A stretch of 64,000 nt of DNA, taken from assembly GCA_965250285.1 (NCBI GenBank), contig OZ252299.1:5280001-5344000 (forward strand), in the 5' to 3' direction. This document shows, one piece after another, positions 17,897 through 27,203 of the stretch. This stretch comes from Myxococcota bacterium. GTDB lineage: Bacteria; Myxococcota_A; UBA9160; UBA4427. The notes under the pieces are model-generated. The model was not told the origin of the DNA. It searched no databases and saw nothing but the letters and a program-made list of their open reading frames with translations. Every line of letters starts with the position of its first letter. Within the stretch, counting starts at the first letter, position 1. The position numbers and the translations under genes are program-made.

Positions 17897-19198
17897 ATGA
17901 CGCACGAAGAGAACCTCTCTCGCACCGCCTCGAGCTTGATGCTCGTCGAATCGACGTCGGCCCTGCGCCACCTGGCGCAGCTGCTCGTGCTGCTGCTGCT
18001 GCTCGTGTTGCTGGGGCTGATCGCGACGCCCTGGCAGCAGAACGTGACGGGCGCCGGTCGCGTCGTCGCGTTCGAGCCCTACGACCGCATCCAGTCGATC
18101 GCGGCGCCCGTCGACGGACGGATCCGGCAGACGTGGGTCGTCGAGGGCTCTCGCGTGAAGGCGGGCGATCCGATCATCGAGATCGTCGACAACGACCCGG
18201 CCATCCTCGAGCGTCTGCAGGCCCAGCGCGACGCGATGGGCGTGCAGCTCGAGGCCGCACGCGCGAAGGCCGTCATCTACGACGACCAGATCGAGGTGCT
18301 GGGGCATGCCCGTGAGATGGCGACGACCGCGGCCGAGAATCAGGTCGAGGTCGCCGAAGCCTCGGTCGAGTCGGCCCGCCACGGCCTCGACGCGGCCAAG
18401 GCCGCCGCGCAGCAGGTCGAACTGAACTTCGTACGGCAGAGGGAGCTGCTCGCCGAAGGGCTCGCATCCGAGCTCGAGTACGAGATGGCCCAGCGTACGC
18501 ACCTCGAGGCCCGGGCGCGCGTCGAGCAGGCGCGCGAGGCGTGGAACGCGGCGCGCAACGACCAGGAGGCGCGCGAGGCCGAGCTCGGCCAGGTCGACAC
18601 CGAGGCGCGCGCCGGCATCGAGACGGCGAAGGCGCTGCGACAGTCGGTCTCGGTCGAGATCGCCGCGCTCGACGAAGAGGTCGCCGGTCTCGACATGCGC
18701 ATTGCGCGGCAGAACACCCAGCTGCTGACGGCGCCGCGCGACGGCACCGTGCTGCGCGTCTTCGCGGCCCCGGGCGCCGAGCTGGTGAAGGCGGGTGAGC
18801 CGCTCGTGTCGCTCATTCCCGACACGGCGAGCCGCGCCGTCGAGCTCTGGGTCGACGGCAACCACGTGCCCCTCGTCCAGGAGGGACGCCCCGTGCGCCT
18901 CCAGTTCGAGGGCTGGCCGGCGGTTCAGTTCGCCGGCTGGCCGTCGGTCGCGGTCGGGACGTTCGGGGGCCGCGTCGCCCTCGTCGACTCGAGCGCCGAT
19001 GCCGCGGGCCGCTTCCGCACCCTCGTGGTGCCCGATGGCGACGACGAACCGTGGCCCGAACCCGATCTGCTGCGGCAGGGCGCTCGGGCCTCGGGCTTCG
19101 TGCTACTCGACCGGGTGAGCCTCGGCTACGAGCTGTGGCGACAGGCCAACGACTTCCCGCCCACCGCGGCGATGCGAAGCACCCGGAGTGAGTCTTGA
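17897..19198 (+). CDS. HlyD-family periplasmic adaptor
   Basis: N-terminal TM; IAAPVDGRI...VEGSRVKAGDPI lipoyl half-motifs; coiled coil; RLQFEGWPAVQFAGWP. Confidence 0.9.
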   Translation: MTHEENLSRTASSLMLVESTSALRHLAQLLVLLLLLVLLGLIATPWQQNVTGAGRVVAFEPYDRIQSIAAPVDGRIRQTWVVEGSRVKAGDPIIEIVDNDPAILERLQAQRDAMGVQLEAARAKAVIYDDQIEVLGHAREMATTAAENQVEVAEASVESARHGLDAAKAAAQQVELNFVRQRELLAEGLASELEYEMAQRTHLEARARVEQAREAWNAARNDQEAREAELGQVDTEARAGIETAKALRQSVSVEIAALDEEVAGLDMRIARQNTQLLTAPRDGTVLRVFAAPGAELVKAGEPLVSLIPDTASRAVELWVDGNHVPLVQEGRPVRLQFEGWPAVQFAGWPSVAVGTFGGRVALVDSSADAAGRFRTLVVPDGDDEPWPEPDLLRQGARASGFVLLDRVSLGYELWRQANDFPPTAAMRSTRSES

Positions 19199-20700
19199 GA
19201 CAACTGTCCAGCGAAGTGATCCGCCTGCTCGCGATCGCGACCATGGTGTCGTGGTTCTGCGTGTCGGTCGCACCGAGTTCGGCTTCGACACCGACGGGCA
19301 TCGAGCCCCTCGACCTCGATACCGTCCTCGGCTCGGCCGATGTCCACTTCCCAGCCCTCGTCGTCGCCGAGCTCGAGCGCGGCGTGCGCGCCGAGCAGCT
19401 TCGATCGAGTCGCGGCGGGTTCGATACGCGCCTGGGGCTCGAGGGCGAGGCCCGCCCGGTCGGCTTCTACGAGAACATCGGCGGCGACGTCGAGCTCGAG
19501 CAGCCGACTGCGCTCTGGGGCACGCGCTTCTTCGGTGGGTATCGATACGGCGGGGGTGACTACCCCTCGTACCTGGGCGGTGAGCTGACGGACGAGTCGG
19601 GTGAGATTCGCGGCGGTCTAGAAGTGCCGCTGCTGCGCGGTGGCCCGATCGACTCCGTCCGCGCGGGGATTCGGCGGAGTCGCATCAACCTCGACCAGGT
19701 CGAGCCCGACGTGGCGATTCAGCGTCTCTCGGTGCGCCGCGATGCGGCGCGGGCCTACTGGCAGTGGGTTTCTCGAGGTCTGGTGCTCGACGTGGCCGAG
19801 CGCCTGCTCGAGGTCGCCGTCGATCGCCAGGGGCAGATCGAAGGTCGTGTGCGCCGCGGCGCCGAGGCCGAGATCGACCTGGTCGACAACGAGCGCCTCA
19901 TCGTCGACCGACAACTTCGCCTACGAGGGGCCGAGCGAGACTTCGAGCAGGCCATGGCCACGCTGTCGCTGTATCTGCGCGACGCCGCGGGTGCGCCCGT
20001 CGTCGTCGATCGCAGCTACCTGCCCGCGACCTTCCCCGAAGAGGAGGCGCTCGATCGCGACGCGGTCGAGATCGACCTCGAGGCGGCGCAGGCGCGTCAC
20101 CCGGCGATTCGTCGTCTCCTGCTCGAGATCGATCGTCTCGGCGTCGACGCCTCGCTGGCGCGTAACGATGTGCTGCCCGAGGTCGACCTGAAGGTCGAGG
20201 CGTCGCGCGACTTTGGTGGGGCGGTACCCGGCATCGATACGAGCGGCAGTCTCTCGGCCGCCCCGCGTGCCGAGACCGAGGTGAAGGCGATGCTGCGGGT
20301 CGAATGGCCCTTGCAGCGGCGCGAAGCCCGCGGACGGCTCGCCGTCGCTCGCATCAAGTCGTCCCAGACCGAGCGCCGGTTGCAGCTCGAACGCGAGAAG
20401 ATCGGGGTCGAGGTGCAGAAGGCCGTCGCAAGCATCGGCGCAGCGTACGACCAGACTCGATCTGCGCGACACAACGTCGCGTTGGCCGAGCGGCTTCGTG
20501 TCGCCGAAGAGCGGAAGCTGTCGCTCGGTACGAGCAACCTGATCGACGTCAACATCCGTGAGCTGCAGGCGGCTTCGGCCGCGCTGCTGTTGATCGAGGC
20601 ACAGGCCGACTACTTCGAGGCGCTCGCCGACTACGAGGCGGCGTCGGCGCGAACGTTCGTCGGTGACGTCAGCGCGCCCGCGGCGGCCCCTGAATCATAG
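19195..20700 (+). CDS. TolC-family outer-membrane efflux protein
   Basis: Signal peptide; helical repeats; C-terminal AEERKLSLGTSNLIDVNIRE; overlaps the hlyD stop. Confidence 0.85.
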   Translation: MRQLSSEVIRLLAIATMVSWFCVSVAPSSASTPTGIEPLDLDTVLGSADVHFPALVVAELERGVRAEQLRSSRGGFDTRLGLEGEARPVGFYENIGGDVELEQPTALWGTRFFGGYRYGGGDYPSYLGGELTDESGEIRGGLEVPLLRGGPIDSVRAGIRRSRINLDQVEPDVAIQRLSVRRDAARAYWQWVSRGLVLDVAERLLEVAVDRQGQIEGRVRRGAEAEIDLVDNERLIVDRQLRLRGAERDFEQAMATLSLYLRDAAGAPVVVDRSYLPATFPEEEALDRDAVEIDLEAAQARHPAIRRLLLEIDRLGVDASLARNDVLPEVDLKVEASRDFGGAVPGIDTSGSLSAAPRAETEVKAMLRVEWPLQRREARGRLAVARIKSSQTERRLQLEREKIGVEVQKAVASIGAAYDQTRSARHNVALAERLRVAEERKLSLGTSNLIDVNIRELQAASAALLLIEAQADYFEALADYEAASARTFVGDVSAPAAAPES

Positions 20701-20736
20701 AGACCAGCGAAGAAAAGACGACACATTTTCTATTTT
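20696..20736 (+). promoter_or_regulatory. Putative NhaR/LysR box B upstream of HPF-like gene 1
   Basis: CATAG-N28-TCTATTTT containing ATAG-N7-CGAA. Confidence 0.55.
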
Positions 20737-20784
20737 TCGAATCGGGAAGGTTCGCCGATATTGCAAGGTGAGGAGGCTACGGCC

Positions 20785-21093
20785 ATGGAGTCGACCATCA
20801 GTTCAGGCGAGTTCTACGTGAGTCACTGGATGGAGTCGTTCATCGACACGACGATCCGGTTCGCGATCTGGCGCGCCGAGCCTTCGGTCGAGCACGTCGC
20901 GGTCGGACTCTCCCGTCGCCCCGACGGGCGCGTGAGCTGTCGGCTCGACGCCTGGCGCTCCGACGGATCGACCCTCTCGGCGACGGGCATCGACCGCGAA
21001 GCCTTCGCCGCGATCCAGGGCGCGGCCGATCGGCTCGAGGTGGCGCTCTTTGCGCCGACGGAGCAGTCGAGCGAGGCATGCGTTGCGGCCTGA
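20785..21093 (+). CDS. HPF/RaiA-like (S30AE fold) small protein
   Basis: GAGGAGG RBS; about 100 aa; pattern IRFAI...VEHVAVGL...CRL...FAAIQGAADRLE typical of NhaR-linked HPF-like proteins. Confidence 0.6.
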   Translation: MESTISSGEFYVSHWMESFIDTTIRFAIWRAEPSVEHVAVGLSRRPDGRVSCRLDAWRSDGSTLSATGIDREAFAAIQGAADRLEVALFAPTEQSSEACVAA

Positions 21094-21181
21094 GCGAGCG
21101 GATCGAAGCCCCGGTTCGACGGGCACCCCGCCGAATCGCCGTGGGCCGTCGTCGGGCCGCGGATCGGGTCTCGATGCCGGT

Positions 21182-22096
21182 CTAGAGCAGACCCAGCTCG
21201 GCGGCCGCTTCGACGACGGCGGCCACGGCCGGGTGCATGATGCGGCGCTCGACGGTCACCGCATAGAGGTACTCACGCACCTCTTCGGTCTCGCCGACGA
21301 GCTGCACGCCATGCGTCCTTCGGACCTCGTCGGCGACGACGATCGGCGAGGCGAAGATGCCGGCTTCATGAGCGCCGAACACCTTCATGAGGGCCGAGTC
21401 TTCGATCTCGCCCACGATGTGGGGACGCACGTCCAGCTTGGCGAGCCACTCGTCGAGCGAGTGACGAAGGGCCACGTTCGATGTCGGCAGGAGCATCGGC
21501 GCGCCGTTCAGGCTCTCGGGGAACCGGCGCCGGTACTTGCGAGCGAGGGCGGGCGACGCGAAGAAGCCGATGCCGCAGTCGCCGAGGCTGTGGTTGTAGG
21601 CCTTGACGCGCACCTGGCCGCGAAAGGGCACGTCGGCCAACACCATGTCGTACGTCTGTTGCGCCAACGCGGCGATGAGGTCGTCGGTCTTGCCTTCGTG
21701 CAGCACGAGCTGCACGGGCTCGTCGAGCTTGAGTGCGATGTCGAGCAGGTTGTAGGCGACCAGCTTCGGCACTGCGTCGGCGATGCCGACGATCAACTTC
21801 GACGGGCGGTTGGTCGGTCGCCCGCGCAGGGCGTCCATCATCTCACGCCCCGTCGAGAAGATCTCATCGGCGTAGCGGTAGACGAGCTGCCCCGACTCGG
21901 TGAGGACGAGGTTGCGGCCGTCGCGCATGAAGAGCTTCTCGCCGAGCGAGTCCTCGAGCTTGCGGATCTGACCGCTGAGTGTGGGCTGCGCGAGGCGCAG
22001 CACCTCGGCGGCACGCGTCACGCTGCCCTCACGGGCCACCGTGTAGAAGTAGAGGAGATGGTGGTAGTTGAGCCACTCGATGCCCCGTTCCTCCAT
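21182..22096 (-). CDS. nhaR: LysR-family transcriptional activator, NhaR-like
   Basis: WLNYHHLLYFYTVAREGSVTRAAEVL, VGIADAVPKLVAY, EIEDSALMKVFG, ERRIMHPAV. Confidence 0.9.
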   Translation of the reverse strand: MEERGIEWLNYHHLLYFYTVAREGSVTRAAEVLRLAQPTLSGQIRKLEDSLGEKLFMRDGRNLVLTESGQLVYRYADEIFSTGREMMDALRGRPTNRPSKLIVGIADAVPKLVAYNLLDIALKLDEPVQLVLHEGKTDDLIAALAQQTYDMVLADVPFRGQVRVKAYNHSLGDCGIGFFASPALARKYRRRFPESLNGAPMLLPTSNVALRHSLDEWLAKLDVRPHIVGEIEDSALMKVFGAHEAGIFASPIVVADEVRRTHGVQLVGETEEVREYLYAVTVERRIMHPAVAAVVEAAAELGLL

Positions 22097-22131
22097 CGAG
22101 ATTTACGAAGCGAAGATAACAATCATCGATT
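22094..22131. promoter_or_regulatory. Putative NhaR box C overlapping the nhaR start, in the divergent promoter
   Basis: CATCG-N27-TCGATT containing ATCG-N7-CGAA; a typical LysR autoregulatory position. Confidence 0.55.
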
Positions 22132-22149
22132 CGAATGGGAGATGAGTGC

Positions 22150-22473
22150 ATGAGAGTCCGAGTCATCGGGATGCCCGTGGGCGCAGACTCGCTTCGGCCG
22201 GGCTCCGTCGAGCGCCGCATCCGTCTGGTGGTCGGCCGACGGGCTGCGGGGATCTCACAGGTCGAAGTCGTGCTCGCGCGCTTCGATCCGCCGACGCACG
22301 GCGCGCGCCAGACCAGTCGTCATCAGCTGCGCTGCCGCGTTCGGGCCCGTCTGGCCGATGGCGAGCTGATCGTCGTCGAAGAGACCGGCCCGACGACGGA
22401 CGAAGCGCTCGAGGCTGCGATGTGGCGGCTCGAGCATCGACTCGATCGACCGGCCACGCGCCAATCGGCTTAG
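22150..22473 (+). CDS. HPF/RaiA-like small protein
   Basis: VERRIRLVVGR...ISQVEVVL...RCRVRARL...IVVEETG...ALEAAMWRLEHRL; divergent from nhaR. Confidence 0.6.
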   Translation: MRVRVIGMPVGADSLRPGSVERRIRLVVGRRAAGISQVEVVLARFDPPTHGARQTSRHQLRCRVRARLADGELIVVEETGPTTDEALEAAMWRLEHRLDRPATRQSA

Positions 22474-22483
22474 CGAACTCGAT

Positions 22484-24109
22484 CTAGTCGGCGAGATCCT
22501 CGAGGCGGAGCGCCTGGGTCGGGCAGTACTTCACGGCGCGCTCGACCTTGGCGCGCAGCTCGGCGGTGGGTTCTTCTTCGATCAGCGCGACTTTGTCTTC
22601 GTCGTTCACGCGCTCGATGTCGAACACCTCGGGCGCCTCGCCCATGCAGACCGCATGCCCCTGGCAGAGGTCGAGGTCGACGCACACGCGGTACGGCTTC
22701 GCGGGCGAGACCGAGTCGGCGAACCCGGTGGTGGCCGCAGGGGCCGTCGATGCGGTGCGCCGTCGATACCGAAGCATGCACGGCTGCCTGACCGCGACGA
22801 CCATCTTCGAGAGGTCGTTGCCGTAGCTCGATAGCGGCTGCGAGAGTTCGAACTCGTAGTTGCGCAGCACGATCGAGAAGATCGCCTTGAGCTGCATCAA
22901 CGCGAAGGCCGCGCCGACGCACTTGTGTCGGCCGGCGCCGAACGGGATCCAGGCGAAGGGCTGCCGATCTTCGGCTCGGTCGCCCAGGTAGCGCTCGGGG
23001 TCGTACGTGTCGGGGTCGGGGAAGTGCTCGGGCAGCCGATGTGAGACCACGGTCGACGTGGCCACGGTCTTGCCGGCCGGGATCACGTAGTCGCCGAAGC
23101 GAAAGTCGTGCATCACCTTGCGCATCAGGATCGTGAGCGGCGGATGAAGCCGCAGAGATTCCTTGATCGCACACTCGAGCGAAGGGATCTCGCGCAGCGC
23201 CTGAAACGACACATCACGTCCATCGGCGTAGATCGCGTCGAGCTCGCTGGTCACCCGCTGGATCCAGTCGGGATGCATCAGCAGATCGAGCATCGTCCAC
23301 GAGGCCACGGCCGACGAGGTGTGGTGCCCTGCGAACATCAGCGAGATGAACATGCCGGTGATCTGAGCCGGCGTGTATCGCGGGTTGCCGTCGCCGTCCT
23401 TCACGCCGCGGAGGATGTGGAACAGATCGCTGTATTCACCGCCTTCGCGGTCGCGCCGCTCGAAGATCGCTTCGATCTTCGCGACGATCGCGTGTCGCGC
23501 GCGGTCCCGGGCTCGCAGGGCCGGGAGCGGCAGGTAGGGGTTCACGTAGGCGAGTGCATCGGTGCCGCGCTCGAGGTCGTAGAAGAGCGGCACGTAGTCG
23601 GCGCTCAGCTCGTCGCGAAACTGCTTGCCGACGAGGCACGTGCTCGACGTATAGAGCGTGAGCTCCGAGAAGAAGTCGAGGGCATCGATCTCGCCCGATT
23701 CGCCCCAGCGCTCGATCATGGCCTCGGTCTCGGCGGCGATGTGCTCGGCGTGTCCGCGCATGAACTTGTCGCGCAGAGACTGGTTGCGCATCGCCTGCTT
23801 GCGCTGCTCGGGGGTCGCATCGAATACGACCCCCTCGCCGAAGACCGGCTTCATGAAGGGATAGGCCGCGGCCTGGTCGAGTTGCTCGTCGGGCGCTCGA
23901 AAGAACGCCTCCTGAGCGTCGTTGCCCGTCAGCAGGACGATCTCGTTGCCGGCGAGGTTGAACTCACCGACCTCGCCGCACTCGTCGCGCACGCGCTGCA
24001 TGAAGGCGAGCGGGTCGCGCCGCAGCTCGAGCAGGTGGCCGATCAGCGGCCAGCCGCCCGATACGCGGGGCGGCGCCAGATCCTTCGAGAGGGGGGTCGC
24101 GGCGGCCAT
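22484..24109 (-). CDS. cyp51: CYP51 (sterol 14-alpha-demethylase-like P450) fused to a C-terminal [3Fe-4S]-type ferredoxin
   Basis: AYPFMKPVFGEGVVFD, LMFAGHHTS, KESLRLHPPL, WIPFGAGRHKCVG; Ala/Thr/Ser-rich linker; DLDLCQGHAVC...YCPTQAL; one ORF with an AGGAG RBS. Confidence 0.93.
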   Translation of the reverse strand: MAAATPLSKDLAPPRVSGGWPLIGHLLELRRDPLAFMQRVRDECGEVGEFNLAGNEIVLLTGNDAQEAFFRAPDEQLDQAAAYPFMKPVFGEGVVFDATPEQRKQAMRNQSLRDKFMRGHAEHIAAETEAMIERWGESGEIDALDFFSELTLYTSSTCLVGKQFRDELSADYVPLFYDLERGTDALAYVNPYLPLPALRARDRARHAIVAKIEAIFERRDREGGEYSDLFHILRGVKDGDGNPRYTPAQITGMFISLMFAGHHTSSAVASWTMLDLLMHPDWIQRVTSELDAIYADGRDVSFQALREIPSLECAIKESLRLHPPLTILMRKVMHDFRFGDYVIPAGKTVATSTVVSHRLPEHFPDPDTYDPERYLGDRAEDRQPFAWIPFGAGRHKCVGAAFALMQLKAIFSIVLRNYEFELSQPLSSYGNDLSKMVVAVRQPCMLRYRRRTASTAPAATTGFADSVSPAKPYRVCVDLDLCQGHAVCMGEAPEVFDIERVNDEDKVALIEEEPTAELRAKVERAVKYCPTQALRLEDLAD

Positions 24110-24125
24110 GGCGGCTCTCCTGGTG

Positions 24126-24992
24126 TCACGCGGTGTGGATGAACTCGTCGGCAAAGCGCCGAATCGCGTCGATCTTCCGGTCGACGTCGTCCTCGGTGAT
24201 GCCGTACATGAGCCACGGCACGGTGGTCAGGTGCGTCACGCCGACGTCCTCCATCTCGCGGTAGTGATCGCGGGTGAAGCCGTCTCGCAGCGCCGCGCTG
24301 ATGCCGAAGGGTCGATCGGCCCGGTCGCTCTCGGCGCGCCAGCCCTGCATCTTGCGAGCCGCCTCGCGGATCTCGTCGCGCGTATTGATCTCGCTCACCC
24401 ACCCGTCGAGACGCGTCGCCGCGCGGCGCATGGCCCGCTCCGACGTGCCTCCGCCCCACATCGGAACGGGCCGGGTGGGGACGGGGCTGATTCGAAGCGG
24501 CTCGAAGTCGTAGAACTCGCCGTGATGCTCGACATCGCCCCCGGCGTGCAGCTGCCGGACGATCTCGATGCACTCCTCGAGCCGCCGGCCGCGTTGTTCG
24601 AACGGCACGCCGAGCAGATCGAACTCCTCGCGCATCCAGCCCGCACCGAGGCCGAGAATGAGCCGCCCGCCCGCCAGGATATCGACGGTGGCGATCTCTT
24701 TCGCCGCGACGACCGGGTGACGCAGACTCATCAGGTAGATGCTCGTCAACACGTGCAGACGCTCGGTGGCGGCGGCGATGGCGCCGGCGGCGATCATCGG
24801 ATCGGGCCACGCGGTGTCGCGATCCCAGCGCGGCTCCCCGCTCGACGTGTAGGGATACGGCGTCTTCAGATCGGCCGGGTAGATCAGGTGATCCGACACC
24901 ACCACGCTGTGGAAGCCGGCCTCGTCGGCGGCCCGGGCGAGGGGGATCCACTGATCGGGCGCATTGAATGCGAGGGCGATCGAGAACTGCAT
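24126..24992 (-). CDS. LLM-class, probably F420-dependent oxidoreductase
   Basis: ADEAGFHSVVVSDH, GRLILGLGAGWMREEF, PVPMWGGG. Confidence 0.85.
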   Translation of the reverse strand: MQFSIALAFNAPDQWIPLARAADEAGFHSVVVSDHLIYPADLKTPYPYTSSGEPRWDRDTAWPDPMIAAGAIAAATERLHVLTSIYLMSLRHPVVAAKEIATVDILAGGRLILGLGAGWMREEFDLLGVPFEQRGRRLEECIEIVRQLHAGGDVEHHGEFYDFEPLRISPVPTRPVPMWGGGTSERAMRRAATRLDGWVSEINTRDEIREAARKMQGWRAESDRADRPFGISAALRDGFTRDHYREMEDVGVTHLTTVPWLMYGITEDDVDRKIDAIRRFADEFIHTA

Positions 24993-25010
24993 CGATGGCA
25001 GCGTAAAATA

Positions 25011-25039
25011 TTGAAATGGTCATTTCAAATTTTTATACT
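25011..25039 (+). promoter_or_regulatory. Sigma70-like promoter overlapped by a perfect TetR-type palindrome
   Basis: TTGAAA-N17-TATACT; TTGAAATG-GT-CATTTCAA at 25011-25028 in the divergent gap. Confidence 0.8.
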
Positions 25040-25068
25040 GCGACTCGTGAATCGTGGTTGGAGGCGCC

Positions 25069-25746
25069 GTGGCAGCAAGAAGTCGTCGAGGTGGAGGGCG
25101 CGCGGGCGCCAAGAAGGCGCCGGCCAAGCGCAAGAGTCGGGTCGTCGAGGCGCGGCGCGAGCTCTACCGCCAGCTGATCATCGAGGGGGCCGAGCGCGCC
25201 TTCGCCGAGCGGGGCTACGACGACACGAAGATGGAGCACATCGCCAGCGAGTCGGGTCTTTCGATGGGCACCGTCTACAGCGTGTTTCCGGGCAAGGCGA
25301 AGATCTTCTCGGCGGTGCACGAGGCCGCCGATGCCGAGCTGCTGCGGCGCGGACTCGAGTGCTTCGACGAAGACGAGCCGCCGCTCGAGCGTCTGCTGGC
25401 CGGCGTGCGGGCGACGGTCGAGTACTTCATCGAGCACCCCGACTTTCTGCGCATGGAACTCAATGAAGGCCTCGCGTGGAGCGCCGAGACCGCGGCGCGC
25501 GGCGGAAGCCGCAGCCGCGCGCGCCGACGGGGTCTCGAGCTGATGAAACGCTCGGTCGCCAACTGTGTGGAGGCGGGCTCGTTCATCGCCGCCGAGCCCG
25601 AGCTGGTCGCGCGAATGATGATCGCGGTGTACCAGGTGCAGCTCGCCTACTGGCTCGAGGGTGGCATGAAGCGACCCGCCGCCGACGTGCTCGAAGACGT
25701 GACCGAGCAGGTGAAGCGCTCGTTCTGCGCGCCGGGCGTCTCATGA
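25069..25746 (+). CDS. TetR/AcrR-family regulator
   Basis: GGAGG RBS and GTG start; AFAERGYDDTKMEHIASESGLSMGTVYSVFPGK HTH. Confidence 0.9.
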   Translation: MAARSRRGGGRAGAKKAPAKRKSRVVEARRELYRQLIIEGAERAFAERGYDDTKMEHIASESGLSMGTVYSVFPGKAKIFSAVHEAADAELLRRGLECFDEDEPPLERLLAGVRATVEYFIEHPDFLRMELNEGLAWSAETAARGGSRSRARRRGLELMKRSVANCVEAGSFIAAEPELVARMMIAVYQVQLAYWLEGGMKRPAADVLEDVTEQVKRSFCAPGVS

Positions 25747-27203
25747 ACAGCGCCGACTTTCGTCCACTCGCGCGACGCGAAGTCGAACGCTGGGACGCCG
25801 AGCACGACGTCGTCGTCGTCGGCGAGGGCATCGCGGGCGGTGCGGCGGCGATCGAAGCGGCACGGGCGGGCGCCGATACCGTCGTGCTCGAGCGCATGAC
25901 GCGGGGAGGTGGGGCGACCTCGCTCTCGACGGGCATCACCTACTTCGGTGGTGGAACCGAGATCCAGAAGGCCTGCGGCTTCGAGGACAGCGTCGAAGAC
26001 ATGAAGGCCTTCGTCGAGCTCGCCGCGGGCGCCCAGGCCGACCCCGAGCGCGTGCGCCTCTACTGCGAAGGGAGCCTCGAGCACTTCGACTGGTTCCGCG
26101 CGCTCGGCGTCGAGTTCAAGCCCACGTTCATCGAAGAGAAGACGACGCATCCGTTCACCGACGACTGCCTGACGTTCAGCGGCAACGAGGAGGCGTGGCC
26201 TCACAACGCACAGACCCGCCCCGTGCCGCGCGGCCACAAGCCCGCACGAGAAGGGGAGGCCGGCGGTCTCTTGATGGAGGCCGTGCTCGCGGGCGTGCGG
26301 GAGGCCGGTGCCCGCGTCGTGAACGAGTGCCGAGTCGAGCGGCTGGTCGTCGACGACGGCGGACGCATCGTGGGCGTCGCCGGTCGCCGCGAGGGCACGC
26401 CCTTCTTCGTGGGCGCGCGCCGGGGCGTGGTGCTCGCGACGGGAGGGTTCGTCTTCAACGACGAGATGCTCGCGAAGCACGCGCCGCAGCTGCTTCAGTG
26501 CAACTACAAGGTCGGCACCGAGGGTGACGATGGCTCGGGGATCAACATGGGCGCGGCGGCCGGGGGCGAGACGGTCAACATGGCCGAGGGCCTCGTTCTC
26601 AACGCGTACTACCCACCCGCTTCGCACCTGAAGGGTGTGCTCGTCGATGCGAACGGCCAACGATTCGTCAACGAAGACTCGTATCTCGGTCGCACCAGTG
26701 ATGCGATCGTCACCCGCGCCGAGGGCCGCGCGTGGCTGATCGTCGACGACGAGATCCACGGTCAAACCCAGGCGATGCACCGCATCGCAGCCGTCGAAGA
26801 GAGCTGGGAGGCCCTCGAGCGAGCGCTCGAGCTGCCCGAGGGTGCGCTCGTGCAGACCATGCACGGGTACAACGCGCACGCGGCGACGGGCCGCGACCCG
26901 CTCTTTCACAAGGCGCCGAGATACCTGAAGCCGCTCGTCGACCCGCCCTTCGGCGCGCTCGACTGCAGCACGAGCGGCTCGATCTTCGGCGTGTTCACCC
27001 TGGGTGGGCTCTCGGTGGCGGCGACGGGCGAGGTGCTCGACCACGCCGGCCGCGCCGTGCCGGGTCTGTTCGCAGCGGGCCGCTGTACGGCCGGTCTCTG
27101 CCGCGAGGGGCGCAACTACGCGAGCGGTCTGTCGATCGGCGACGGCAGCTTCTTTGGCCGACTCGCGGGGCGCTCCGCGGCTCGAATGGAGCCCTGCCCG
27201 TGA
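25743..27203 (+). CDS. FAD-dependent oxidoreductase, 3-ketosteroid dehydrogenase (Delta4-5alpha/TesI-like) family
   Basis: VVVVGEGIAG, VVLATGGF, GQRFVNED, TLGGL, GLFAAGR, YASGLSIGDGSFFGRLAG; ATGA overlap with tetR. Confidence 0.75.
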   Translation: MNSADFRPLARREVERWDAEHDVVVVGEGIAGGAAAIEAARAGADTVVLERMTRGGGATSLSTGITYFGGGTEIQKACGFEDSVEDMKAFVELAAGAQADPERVRLYCEGSLEHFDWFRALGVEFKPTFIEEKTTHPFTDDCLTFSGNEEAWPHNAQTRPVPRGHKPAREGEAGGLLMEAVLAGVREAGARVVNECRVERLVVDDGGRIVGVAGRREGTPFFVGARRGVVLATGGFVFNDEMLAKHAPQLLQCNYKVGTEGDDGSGINMGAAAGGETVNMAEGLVLNAYYPPASHLKGVLVDANGQRFVNEDSYLGRTSDAIVTRAEGRAWLIVDDEIHGQTQAMHRIAAVEESWEALERALELPEGALVQTMHGYNAHAATGRDPLFHKAPRYLKPLVDPPFGALDCSTSGSIFGVFTLGGLSVAATGEVLDHAGRAVPGLFAAGRCTAGLCREGRNYASGLSIGDGSFFGRLAGRSAARMEPCP

